This document shows positions 1-8,383 of a DNA stretch of 16,138 nucleotides, piece after piece (position 1 is the stretch's first letter; each line of letters starts with the position of its first letter). The notes under the pieces were generated by a model that ran no database searches, was not told where the DNA came from, and was given only the letters and a program-made list of their open reading frames with translations. The stretch comes from Candidatus Nanohalarchaeota archaeon (GTDB lineage: Archaea; Nanohalarchaeota; Nanosalinia; Nanosalinales; JAFCCC01). Position numbers and translations under genes: made by a program. The stretch is from assembly GCA_017610385.1 (NCBI GenBank), contig JAFCCC010000012.1, forward strand, positions 1 to 16,138. The letters run 5' to 3'.

Positions 1-208
1 TTTTCGCTTAAGCCTTTACTAAAAGGCTTATTTTGCTTGAATTGGAAATGCATTAATTTCCGATTTAGGAAACTTAACAAGTTTCCGTGAGCTTTTATCT
101 GAAAAGCTCATTTTCTTTTGGCTTAAGCCTTTTACTAAAAAGGCTTAGTGAGTTACACTCGTAACTCGCTGTTTAATTTTGGCTTAAGCCTTTTACTAAA
201 AAGGCTTA
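1..208. repeat. Chain of tandem hairpins including three copies of a palindromic unit TTTT(G/C)GCT-TAAGCCTTT(T)-ACTA-(A)AAAGGCTTA
   Basis: Copies at 1-30, 116-147 and 177-208; the last two are identical 32-mers. A stem variant lies at 88-110 (TGAGCTTTT-ATCTG-AAAAGCTCA). Unrelated hairpins at 40-65, 68-86 and 147-170. The chain may extend beyond the window edge. Confidence 0.9.
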
Positions 209-270
209 TGTTAATAAAGTTTTGTATGTTTATTAGGAATAAGTAAAAGTAGATTTATAGAGTGGTAAGT

Positions 271-558
271 ATGACAAGAAGTGCGGGAATCAGACGAAAA
301 ACAAGAAGTTTATTAAAGAAAGATAGACGAAGTAAATTAACACTTACACGACTTATGAAAAAACTGAAAATAGATGAAAAAGTTGTGATTAAAATCAATT
401 CATCAGTACAAAAAGGTATGCCACATCCGAGATTTCAAGGAAAATCAGGGGTAGTTGCAAATAAAAAAGGCCGAAGTTATGTTGTAAAAATAAAAGATGG
501 CGGGAAAGAGAAAACTCTAAATGTGCATCCTACGCATCTAAAGCGAGTTGAGGAGTAA
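271..558 (+). CDS. rpl21e: 50S ribosomal protein L21e (eL21)
   Basis: Motifs RRKTRSLL, SVQKGMPHPRFQGKSG and VHPTHLK; first gene of the conserved rpl21e-rpoF-DUF655-rsmA cluster. ATG 271 chosen; GTG 262 is an alternative start. Confidence 0.96.
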   Translation: MTRSAGIRRKTRSLLKKDRRSKLTLTRLMKKLKIDEKVVIKINSSVQKGMPHPRFQGKSGVVANKKGRSYVVKIKDGGKEKTLNVHPTHLKRVEE

Positions 559-563
559 ATAAA

Positions 564-905
564 ATGAAAATCTTAGCAAGACAAGAAATAACGGCAGCAG
601 AAACATTGGAAATTCTCTCTAAAACAGAGAAAAATAGGGATTTAGTTCGTGAACAACAAATCTGCCTAGATTTTCTAAGGAAACATCTTAAATTTAAAGA
701 AATTAAGGAATTCAATCATGTTAAAGAAGAATTGAAGGGAATTAAAGACTTTAAGGAACATCAATTAGACAAACTTGTAGAAATTCTTCCAGTAACTGAA
801 GAACAAGTGTATGCATTATTTTCCAAAGAAAGAATCAAGCTAGAAAAGGATGATGTTAAAAAAATTATTGATTTATGCACGTCCGTGATTAAAAATGGTA
901 AATAG
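564..905 (+). CDS. rpoF: DNA-directed RNA polymerase subunit F (Rpo4)
   Basis: 113 aa; EQQICLDFLRK and KLVEILP.TEEQVYALFSKE match the Rpo4 pattern; canonical position between rpl21e and DUF655. Confidence 0.9.
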   Translation: MKILARQEITAAETLEILSKTEKNRDLVREQQICLDFLRKHLKFKEIKEFNHVKEELKGIKDFKEHQLDKLVEILPVTEEQVYALFSKERIKLEKDDVKKIIDLCTSVIKNGK

Positions 906-916
906 AGGTTCGAAAA

Positions 917-1474
917 ATGAAAGACGAATATGGAATAGTATTAGATTTTTTGGAAAACGGTCATCCTTCTGGAAGAAGTCAGCCTATTGCACAAATAATT
1001 GGGGAACAATTTATGAACTTATTAGAAGTAGTTGTAAGAAAGGAAATTCGATTAAAATTAGAAGATCGTGTTTATATTGGTGAAGGTCTAAGAAAAGACG
1101 TTCAATTTATTAAAGGAAGAATTCAGTTACATGAATTAAGTGGAAACGCTAAATCTGAACTAGAATATGTTCTGGAAAAATTAATCAAAAAAAATGAGTC
1201 AAAATTCATAGAGTTCTTTAACACTGCAGAACCAATTAACTCTAGAATGCATACCTTAGAACTACTTCCTGGTGTCGGTAAAAAACATATGTGGGAGATT
1301 TTAGATGAAAGAGAAAGAAAAAAATTCGAGAGCTTTGAGGACTTAAAAAAACGGGTTAGTTTACTTCCAGACCCAGAGAGAATGGTTGTAAAAAGAATAA
1401 AAGAAGAATTATCCGGAACCACCAAAAGGTATCTTTTCATACAAGCTCCAAAAGAGAATAAAGAGTATTATTGA
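917..1474 (+). CDS. DUF655 family putative nucleic-acid-binding protein (OB-fold plus HhH)
   Basis: Motifs VLDFL..G, PIAQIIGE and FFNTAEPINSRMHTLELLPGVGKKHMWEIL; GAGGT upstream; conserved synteny. Confidence 0.93.
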   Translation: MKDEYGIVLDFLENGHPSGRSQPIAQIIGEQFMNLLEVVVRKEIRLKLEDRVYIGEGLRKDVQFIKGRIQLHELSGNAKSELEYVLEKLIKKNESKFIEFFNTAEPINSRMHTLELLPGVGKKHMWEILDERERKKFESFEDLKKRVSLLPDPERMVVKRIKEELSGTTKRYLFIQAPKENKEYY

Positions 1475-1475
1475 A

Positions 1476-2279
1476 ATGCTAGAAGAACTTTTGAAAAAAT
1501 ATAATTTAAAATTAAATAAAAATAGAGATCAATTCTTTCTTAAAAATGAAAAAATTTTGGATTTTGAAGTTAATTGTGCAAACATTTCTAAAGAGGAAAC
1601 AATTTTAGAAATTGGGGCGGGAATTGGGACGCTCACAAAAAAACTTGCTGAAAAAGCTAAAAAAGTTTATGCAATTGAAAAAGACAAAACTTTAATTCCC
1701 ATATTAAAAAATAACGTGAAAGACCATAAAAATGTTGAAATAATTCGGGGGGATATTTTAGAAATTACTCTTCCAAAATTTGATAAATGTGTTTCAAATA
1801 TTCCTTATAAAATATCATCAAAAATCACTGAATTATTAGCCAAAAATAAAATATTCTCAATAATATGTTATCAAAAGGAATTTGCAAAAAGATTAATTTC
1901 AGAACCTACCGAAAAAGAATACTCTAGAATATCAATATTATCTAATTTTTATTTTACACCTGTTTTTTTAAAAGAGGTCTCCAAAAAACAATTTATTCCA
2001 GAACCAAAAGTGGATTCTATGATTATTAAATTAGTTCCTAAAAATTTTAATTATAAGGTAAATGAAGAATTATTTTTCAAAATAGTTTCTGCATTATTTG
2101 TTCATAAAAATAAAAAAGTAAGAAATTCATTTTATAATTCTAGAGTGTTTTTTAATTTAGAAAAAGAACAAGCGAAAAAATTAATTAAAAATATGCCATA
2201 TAAAGAAATCAGAGTTATTTCATTAAGTATTGAAAAATTACTTGAGATATATAATTATATTTCAAATAAATGTAAATAA
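1476..2279 (+). CDS. rsmA: 16S rRNA m6,2A dimethyltransferase (KsgA/Dim1)
   Basis: QFFL, SAM-binding motif LEIGAGIGTLT, catalytic SNIPY, QKEFAKRL, YSRISI and F.PEPKVDS. Confidence 0.95.
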   Translation: MLEELLKKYNLKLNKNRDQFFLKNEKILDFEVNCANISKEETILEIGAGIGTLTKKLAEKAKKVYAIEKDKTLIPILKNNVKDHKNVEIIRGDILEITLPKFDKCVSNIPYKISSKITELLAKNKIFSIICYQKEFAKRLISEPTEKEYSRISILSNFYFTPVFLKEVSKKQFIPEPKVDSMIIKLVPKNFNYKVNEELFFKIVSALFVHKNKKVRNSFYNSRVFFNLEKEQAKKLIKNMPYKEIRVISLSIEKLLEIYNYISNKCK

Positions 2280-2320
2280 ATAAATTACAAATCAAAACTC
2301 ATGGAAATTCCTAGTAAAAA

Positions 2321-2902
2321 ATGAAATTTGAATACGAAGATTTAATTTTAGTTGTTCCCGAAGAGGTCTATGAACCTAGAGAAGATTCTTTTCTGATTGC
2401 TCAAGAAATTAAAAAAATCAATTTAAAAAATAAAACAGTTTTAGAGATTGGAGTTGGATCAGGAATACTTTCATTAATTGCAGCAAAAACTGCAAAAAAA
2501 ATAGTCTCAGTAGATATTAATAATTCAGCAGTGATTGCAGCACAAAAAAATTCAGAGAGAAATCAGATAAAAAATATTGAAGTTCTAAAAAGTGATTTAT
2601 TTGAAAAAATCAAAGATAAATTTGATTTAATAATTTTTAATCCGCCGTATGTTCCTTCAGAAGAAGTAAGTGAAATTCAAGATAAGTCATGGTCTGGAGG
2701 AAACTCTGGGAGGGAAGAAACAGATCGATTTTTAGCTCAGTTTAATTTCTATTTACGTAAAGGAGGCCAAATTCTACTTTTACAAAGCTCTCTTTCGAAT
2801 ATAGAACTAACTTTAAAGAAACTGGAAAAATTTAATCCAAAGGTTATTGCTTCTACGAAATTAGCGTGGGAGAAACTAGTGGTAATTCAAGCACATAAGT
2901 AA
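2321..2902 (+). CDS. HemK/PrmC-like (N6AMT1/Mtq2-type) methyltransferase, probable release-factor Gln methylase
   Basis: VYEPREDSFL, LEIGVGSG, FNPPY and WSGG..GR; follows rsmA, as is usual in archaea. Confidence 0.92.
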   Translation: MKFEYEDLILVVPEEVYEPREDSFLIAQEIKKINLKNKTVLEIGVGSGILSLIAAKTAKKIVSVDINNSAVIAAQKNSERNQIKNIEVLKSDLFEKIKDKFDLIIFNPPYVPSEEVSEIQDKSWSGGNSGREETDRFLAQFNFYLRKGGQILLLQSSLSNIELTLKKLEKFNPKVIASTKLAWEKLVVIQAHK

Positions 2903-2936
2903 TGTTTTTATACAAAGAAATGAATTTTATATTAGT

Positions 2937-5693
2937 ATGATAAGAAGAATCCTTTATCTATTTTTAATTCTATTTTTATTAGTTCCAGCCACACATGCTG
3001 CATGGACTTTAACAGCCACAAGTTTACCCATGGAACTAGATAGTAATTCATACACCGTACTTAGAGCAAAATTACTAAATGGAACAACCCCTATTGATGA
3101 AGAAACATGTATTCCGGGCCCCATTACAATAAAATACCAGTACGGGTCAACATTGGGCTTTCTAAATTCGATTGGGAATGGGATATGGGTTGCAGAACAT
3201 TCACCCACAGACTTACCTGCAACAATCACCATAACAGCTACAGGAGATTGTGGGGTAGCAAGTGATGTGACTACATTTTTAAATCTTCCAGCAAACGGTG
3301 GTCTTTCCGTAGACATTTTGAATTTCAACTCAGAAGCACCACAAGGAAGTTCAAAAGTACTTTTGGTTAATGTTAGTAATTCTAGCGGCGTTGTTTCTGG
3401 CGCTACGGTGCTATACAGAATATATAATTTATCAGGTTCTTCACAAGCAATAATGGAAGGCACATTTTCAGAATTCGGTGAATTTTATAATGCTACGATG
3501 GAACTGCCTACAGAACTTGGAAACTATTCATATGAAGTTACTGCAACGGCTCCAATTGGGACGGGAGTAACAGGTGGGGACGGACGTTTATTTCATACAG
3601 TTGAAACGATTTCTGGTCCAGTAAGCATTAATGGTACAGAAAACAAATGTGCAACCTCTAATGGAATTATTACTTCATGCGAATTAAATTCTATGCTAAG
3701 CTTTGAGTTTGAAGAAGAGGTTGGGGTTCCAGATAATGTTTGGGTAGAAATCTGGGGAACTGATTTAATAGAAAAAGTCAATTTAAGTAATGTAACAGAA
3801 GGTAGCCAAAGATATTGGCGGGGAACTTATTCTTTACCAGAAGATTATAATTTATCAAAAACAAAAGAATCTCAAAACAATGAGCTAACTTTAAAAGTTA
3901 TTGCAAATGACGAATTTGAAAATTACACCCTATTAACCTCAAATGTAAATTTAGTTACTTATTGGACAATTCCGTATTCTAAGTATTCTACTAGACCAGG
4001 AGAAGTATTAGATATTTCTTTTGAAGTTGTTAAACCATATAGTGGAGATCATTTGCGTATGGGGGATTTAGAAGGTTTTAATGTTTCTGTATTTTATATC
4101 ACCGATTCTGGGACAAAAACATCAGTAAAAAACTATACTCTCTCACAGATGACTTATGATAATGACTTATTTCATCTGCAACATACTGTACAAGAAGATA
4201 CTCTTGAAGGGACCTATGGATATCAGTGGACTATATTAAATGCTTTTGGTCAAAAATCATCAGATTCACTCACATACAAAGAATTTTCAGTAATTAGTCA
4301 AACACAATCTGGTCCAGTAATAATTAATCGGTCTGTGATTTCTAATTCATTTGAAGAATCAGGAATATTTTATGAAATTTTAAACTTTAATAACACAGAT
4401 TTAAGTAGAGTCATTGTTCGACCAATCGTTTTAGGCTCTATTTCCGAAATTGTTTTTGGGGATTTTGTTCTAGATGAAAATAACGCGAGTGAAGATAGCA
4501 AATACATAATTGAATCCAATACTTCAAAAGAATTTATTATTGGATATAATATAACTAATAATTTATCTGAAAACTACGATGGAACTTTGGTTATTCGGGT
4601 GTTCTCGGATTTACAGGGCAGCATAGAAAAGTACAGAACAGAAATACCGTTAGAAACGCAAATTGGTGGCAAAACAACAAACGGAACCCTTCAAGTTAAT
4701 GTAAATAAAATAGAACGAAACTTTATTGATTCGGGAACATATGTTCAAAATATTACCGTATTTAATAGGGGTTCTGAGACCATAAATGTAAGTATTAGCG
4801 CAGAAGGGACGATTAAACAAATAAATTCTATCTCGCCAACAGAATTAACAATTGCTGCAGGGGATGTAGGCTATGCTTTTTTCACTCAAACAGTATACGT
4901 AACTGATAATGGAATTTATGGGGGATATTATGTTTTTAATACCTCTGAAAATAAAATAAAAATTCCTGTAAATCTAACCACAGACATTTCTGGTATTGTA
5001 AGTGGAAAATTACAAGTAACTATTGAAAACGCTTCACTTGGTTCCGTTATTAAAGGAGATCCATTAAATATAACTGTAGAAGTAAAAAATATAGGGCAAT
5101 CTAATTTAAGCAATTTTACAGCCTCTACTCTAGTTATCTCTAACTTATATACCATCACAAATGCAGAAGGACTTGTATTAGAACCAGAAGAAAGTATTAA
5201 CTTAGAACTAACAATTCACACAGAAAAACTAAGTGAGGGAATAGACAATACAAGAAAATTAATTATTTCTGCAGATCTCAATGCGGAAAATTTTACATAT
5301 ATTTCATTAAAAGTAGATGCAAACTATTCGACTAAATTTGAGAGTCTAAATAGCTCTATATCAACATATAGAACTGACTTGGAGGACATTTTAACAGAAG
5401 AGTTAAAAGAAAACAAAACAGATTTAGAATCAAAAATTACAGATTTAGAAAATCTCATTGAAAAAGGAAAAGGAGAATGGGACACTAAAAACTATAATGC
5501 ATCTAAGACAACATATAGTGCTGCAGAAAGACTAAGTGAAGAAATACATTCTAGAATAAGAGCTTTGCAAAATTATACGCCAGCTCCCGATGAAACTCCT
5601 TCAGGGAACTCTAAAGCGTGGATTTTCATAGTTATTTTTATAATTTTAATTGTTATTGGAGTAGTAATTTACATGAGTTTAGTTCCAGAGTGA
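2937..5693 (+). CDS. Large secreted, C-terminally anchored surface glycoprotein with Ig-like beta domains
   Basis: Signal peptide (MIRR + hydrophobic core + ATHA/A); Thr/Ser/Asn-rich beta body with over 25 N-x-S/T sequons; CARDB-like motifs (ITVEVKNIG, LEPEES); coiled-coil near the C-terminus, Pro-rich linker and a single TM helix. Confidence 0.85.
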   Translation: MIRRILYLFLILFLLVPATHAAWTLTATSLPMELDSNSYTVLRAKLLNGTTPIDEETCIPGPITIKYQYGSTLGFLNSIGNGIWVAEHSPTDLPATITITATGDCGVASDVTTFLNLPANGGLSVDILNFNSEAPQGSSKVLLVNVSNSSGVVSGATVLYRIYNLSGSSQAIMEGTFSEFGEFYNATMELPTELGNYSYEVTATAPIGTGVTGGDGRLFHTVETISGPVSINGTENKCATSNGIITSCELNSMLSFEFEEEVGVPDNVWVEIWGTDLIEKVNLSNVTEGSQRYWRGTYSLPEDYNLSKTKESQNNELTLKVIANDEFENYTLLTSNVNLVTYWTIPYSKYSTRPGEVLDISFEVVKPYSGDHLRMGDLEGFNVSVFYITDSGTKTSVKNYTLSQMTYDNDLFHLQHTVQEDTLEGTYGYQWTILNAFGQKSSDSLTYKEFSVISQTQSGPVIINRSVISNSFEESGIFYEILNFNNTDLSRVIVRPIVLGSISEIVFGDFVLDENNASEDSKYIIESNTSKEFIIGYNITNNLSENYDGTLVIRVFSDLQGSIEKYRTEIPLETQIGGKTTNGTLQVNVNKIERNFIDSGTYVQNITVFNRGSETINVSISAEGTIKQINSISPTELTIAAGDVGYAFFTQTVYVTDNGIYGGYYVFNTSENKIKIPVNLTTDISGIVSGKLQVTIENASLGSVIKGDPLNITVEVKNIGQSNLSNFTASTLVISNLYTITNAEGLVLEPEESINLELTIHTEKLSEGIDNTRKLIISADLNAENFTYISLKVDANYSTKFESLNSSISTYRTDLEDILTEELKENKTDLESKITDLENLIEKGKGEWDTKNYNASKTTYSAAERLSEEIHSRIRALQNYTPAPDETPSGNSKAWIFIVIFIILIVIGVVIYMSLVPE

Positions 5694-5727
5694 ATCTTTT
5701 TAACCTAACAAAAACAAATTGTTTTGT

Positions 5728-6141
5728 ATGGCAATAACAGATTTTTTAGGAGTATTTCAGCTAAATAATCTTTTGTTATTTGTTCTAATTGTAATTATTC
5801 TAGTGATTGCATTCAAACTTCTTAAAATATTCTTTGAAACATTGTTAGTTGCGATATTATCTGCAGTATTTTACTTATTTTTAAGCTATTCTGGAGCGAA
5901 TTTAGACATGAATGCAACTAATATTCTATTTTTCTCTTTAATTGGAACAATAGTCTTCATAATTTATTCTATGCTCTCTCCGCTAGTTTCTTTGCTCTTT
6001 AAAACAGGCAATAAAGTAGTTAAAGGAACTTCAAAAGCATTAAAGGGAAGAAAATTCAAATCAAGAATAAAAAGCAAACCAAAAGAAAGTGCACATCCTC
6101 AAGAAAAAGAAGTGATCTTAAAAGAGATTAAAAATGACTGA
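5728..6141 (+). CDS. Uncharacterised multi-pass membrane protein with basic C-terminal tail
   Basis: About 3 hydrophobic helices. ATG 5728 preferred because TTTTTAAC (5697-5704) lies about 27 nt upstream. Confidence 0.8.
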   Translation: MAITDFLGVFQLNNLLLFVLIVIILVIAFKLLKIFFETLLVAILSAVFYLFLSYSGANLDMNATNILFFSLIGTIVFIIYSMLSPLVSLLFKTGNKVVKGTSKALKGRKFKSRIKSKPKESAHPQEKEVILKEIKND

Positions 6142-6328
6142 AGTGTATTTTATAGAAAATGGCAAAGTAGAGTACAAAAATTTTTATCATGTACTTACTA
6201 TTGCCGAAGCAAAGGCACAGGAAGAAAATAAACCTGTTTTAATTTTTAAAAAACTACAAGGGTATTCGAAACCAATTTCAAGAGTATATCCCACGGGTAA
6301 AAGAGAAGACATAAAAAATACAAAATAG
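6134..6328 (+). CDS. Small hypothetical protein (64 aa)
   Basis: ATG start overlapping the end of the upstream gene; globular, protein-like composition; fills the gap exactly. Confidence 0.65.
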   Translation: MTEVYFIENGKVEYKNFYHVLTIAEAKAQEENKPVLIFKKLQGYSKPISRVYPTGKREDIKNTK

Positions 6329-7009
6329 CTATTTTGTAAATTTAATAAGGGGTGTGCCTTCAATAAGTAATTTTGAAACATCCCCAACAAAAGAATATGT
6401 TTTATTTTCAAATAAGAAAACCGCAGAGCCTTCAAAATCTTTTATAGAAAGAGGTTTATCTTCTAAAAAGATTCTTGCTCCGGAAGAATTAACTTGCCCA
6501 TTAACTGAATCAAAACTAAATCCAGTTTTTGGAAATCCATTAATCTCTAATTTTTTAGGAATTAATTCTTTTGAAAATAACTTGGCGTTTTTAAGACTCA
6601 CGTCTCCGAATTTAAGTTCTCCTGCGTATCCATTTATACTAAGAACCTCTCCGAAAGTAAACAAACCCTTAAAATCAAGAATATGCAAAGTCAGACTACT
6701 GGCATTTGTAAAAACCTCTGATCCTCTTACTTCTACTGAACTTACTCTGGGATTATATGTTAGCTTTATTTCAGATACCGGGGTACTAAATATTTTAGTT
6801 CTAACTGGAAATTCATCGGTTGTAAACAGAGCAGAGATAGGAATTTCAGAATCTGGTGAAAAAGCTCCAAATAGATCAGTTACACTCCAACCGCCTGTTT
6901 TAAAATTACTAGTACTGATATCTGAAATATTAATTGATCCTTGCGCCATGCCGATTGCAATACCCCATAATGTAATAAATACTGCAATCAAAACTTTCCA
7001 ATCGAACAT
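6329..7009 (-). CDS. Hypothetical exported or membrane-anchored beta-rich protein (226 aa)
   Basis: N-terminal hydrophobic helix; BRE/TATA-like CGATAAC..TTATAAAA about 25 nt upstream on the minus strand. Confidence 0.8.
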   Translation of the reverse strand: MFDWKVLIAVFITLWGIAIGMAQGSINISDISTSNFKTGGWSVTDLFGAFSPDSEIPISALFTTDEFPVRTKIFSTPVSEIKLTYNPRVSSVEVRGSEVFTNASSLTLHILDFKGLFTFGEVLSINGYAGELKFGDVSLKNAKLFSKELIPKKLEINGFPKTGFSFDSVNGQVNSSGARIFLEDKPLSIKDFEGSAVFLFENKTYSFVGDVSKLLIEGTPLIKFTK

Positions 7010-7072
7010 AAATATAAATTGAATTGTATTTTATAATAAGTTATCGTACGAGGAATTATAAAGAAATTATAC

Positions 7073-7423
7073 TCATTTACGCGGCTTCTTTTTCTTCTTA
7101 GAATTTAAAAAGCTTGTAAAAAATAAAATTCCTGAAATACATAGAGGCACAGAAATTATAACTACAGAAATCCAAGAAACTTTTTGAGATGTAGCTAAAC
7201 CAAAATAGCCCAAACCATATAAAAAAAATAAAATGCCAAAGTTCTCCCATCTCCAAGAAAGAATTAAAGTTAATAAAAGGATGGTTCCTGGAACTGAACT
7301 CATTAAGAAGCTGTAAATATTAAATTGTTCAGCAAAACTTTTCGCGATAAACAAATAAAAGAACAGTACAATCAAGATTGTAAATATTCGTGTAGTCCAA
7401 AATAAAATTTTTCTAAAATCCAT
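7073..7423 (-). CDS. Uncharacterised 4-TM membrane protein
   Basis: Four hydrophobic segments, W..RI..IL and SWRWE.FG motifs, Lys-rich tail; TTTTTATA about 25 nt upstream. Confidence 0.8.
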   Translation of the reverse strand: MDFRKILFWTTRIFTILIVLFFYLFIAKSFAEQFNIYSFLMSSVPGTILLLTLILSWRWENFGILFFLYGLGYFGLATSQKVSWISVVIISVPLCISGILFFTSFLNSKKKKKPRK

Positions 7424-7503
7424 AATTCTTATTGGTTTAATTTATTATAAAAACAATTCCCTAAAGTTTATAATACAAGCTCTACAAACTATTATTGAGA
7501 AAA

Positions 7504-7671
7504 ATGAATTTAATAATCATAGAATTGGTAATCGGTTTGATCTTTGCTATCGTTGGTGTTCTTGGCTCTTTCGGATTATTTGGAATTGGAACAATAATTT
7601 CATGGATTCTTGTAGGCATAGGTTTTATTTTATTAATTGTCGCATTACTCCAGAATAAAAAGAAACAATAA
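7504..7671 (+). CDS. Small 2-TM membrane protein (55 aa; not in ORF track)
   Basis: Translated by hand: MNLIIIELVIGLIFAIVGVLGSFGLFGIGTIISWILVGIGFILLIVALLQNKKKQ; helical hairpin with a positive-inside tail; TTTATAAT at 7467-7474. Confidence 0.8.
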   Translation: MNLIIIELVIGLIFAIVGVLGSFGLFGIGTIISWILVGIGFILLIVALLQNKKKQ

Positions 7672-7696
7672 AAATCTTGGACACAAAGCCAAGATA

Positions 7697-8383
7697 ATGA
7701 GAGTTGTTTTTGTAGAACCAAAAATAGAAGGAAATATTGGTTTCTTAGCAAGAGTAATGGCCAATTTTGACTTTAATGAGCTTTACTTAGTTAGCCCTAT
7801 TTTTAAAATTTCAGATGAAGATAAAAATCGCGCGGTCCATGCAAAAGATGTTTTAGAAAAAATGAAAATTGTGGATTCTTTAGAAGATGCCCTGAAAAAT
7901 ATTGATTTTGTTATTGGAACTACTGGAATAAAGTCAGGTTCAAAAAACATCACAAGAAGAACAATTACTTCAAAAGAACTAGGCAAAATCATTTCAAATT
8001 GCAAAGGAGATTTTGCAGTATTAATTGGAAGGGAAGATGTTGGTCTTTTTAATACAGAATTAGAATTATGTGATATAATTGTTCGCATTGAAACTTCCTA
8101 TAAATATCCCATAATGAATGTAACTCACGCGGCAGCAATTATCCTTTATGAAATTTACACGTCCAAGTTTAGGGGAAAACGCGAAAGCGTTTTATTTGAA
8201 AAAAATCAAATAGAAAAAACATTTGAATCAATAATTAATCAGATGAATTATCCGGAGAATAAGAAAAAAATTACATATAAGTGTGCAAAACATTTAATAG
8301 GTAGATCTTTTATATTTAAGGAAGAAGCCAAGAATTTAATTGGTCTTCTAAAAAATATCAATCACAAGTTGAGGAATAAATAA
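7697..8383 (+). CDS. trmJ: tRNA (C32/U32) 2'-O-methyltransferase TrmJ, SPOUT family
   Basis: VEPKIEGNIGFLARVMANF, RAVHA, IGREDVGLFNTEL and YPIMNVTHAAAIILYE. The likely start is ATG 7697 (MRVVFVEP). Confidence 0.92.
   Translation: MRVVFVEPKIEGNIGFLARVMANFDFNELYLVSPIFKISDEDKNRAVHAKDVLEKMKIVDSLEDALKNIDFVIGTTGIKSGSKNITRRTITSKELGKIISNCKGDFAVLIGREDVGLFNTELELCDIIVRIETSYKYPIMNVTHAAAIILYEIYTSKFRGKRESVLFEKNQIEKTFESIINQMNYPENKKKITYKCAKHLIGRSFIFKEEAKNLIGLLKNINHKLRNK

Noticed and set aside
1-208. CRISPR array
   Set aside because: Only three near-identical repeats with irregular gaps (85 and 29 nt). The spacers are themselves hairpins, no cas genes are in the window, and related units occur inside a tRNA intron.
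5711-5725. Inverted repeat AAAACAA-A-TTGTTTT as an operator
   Set aside because: Short and AT-rich; plausible by chance at this base composition.
6354-7022. 222-aa plus-strand ORF
   Set aside because: Antisense shadow of the minus-strand gene, which has a signal segment and a promoter.
7637-7696. N-terminal extension of trmJ
   Set aside because: It overlaps the 55-aa membrane ORF, and family similarity begins at ATG 7697.
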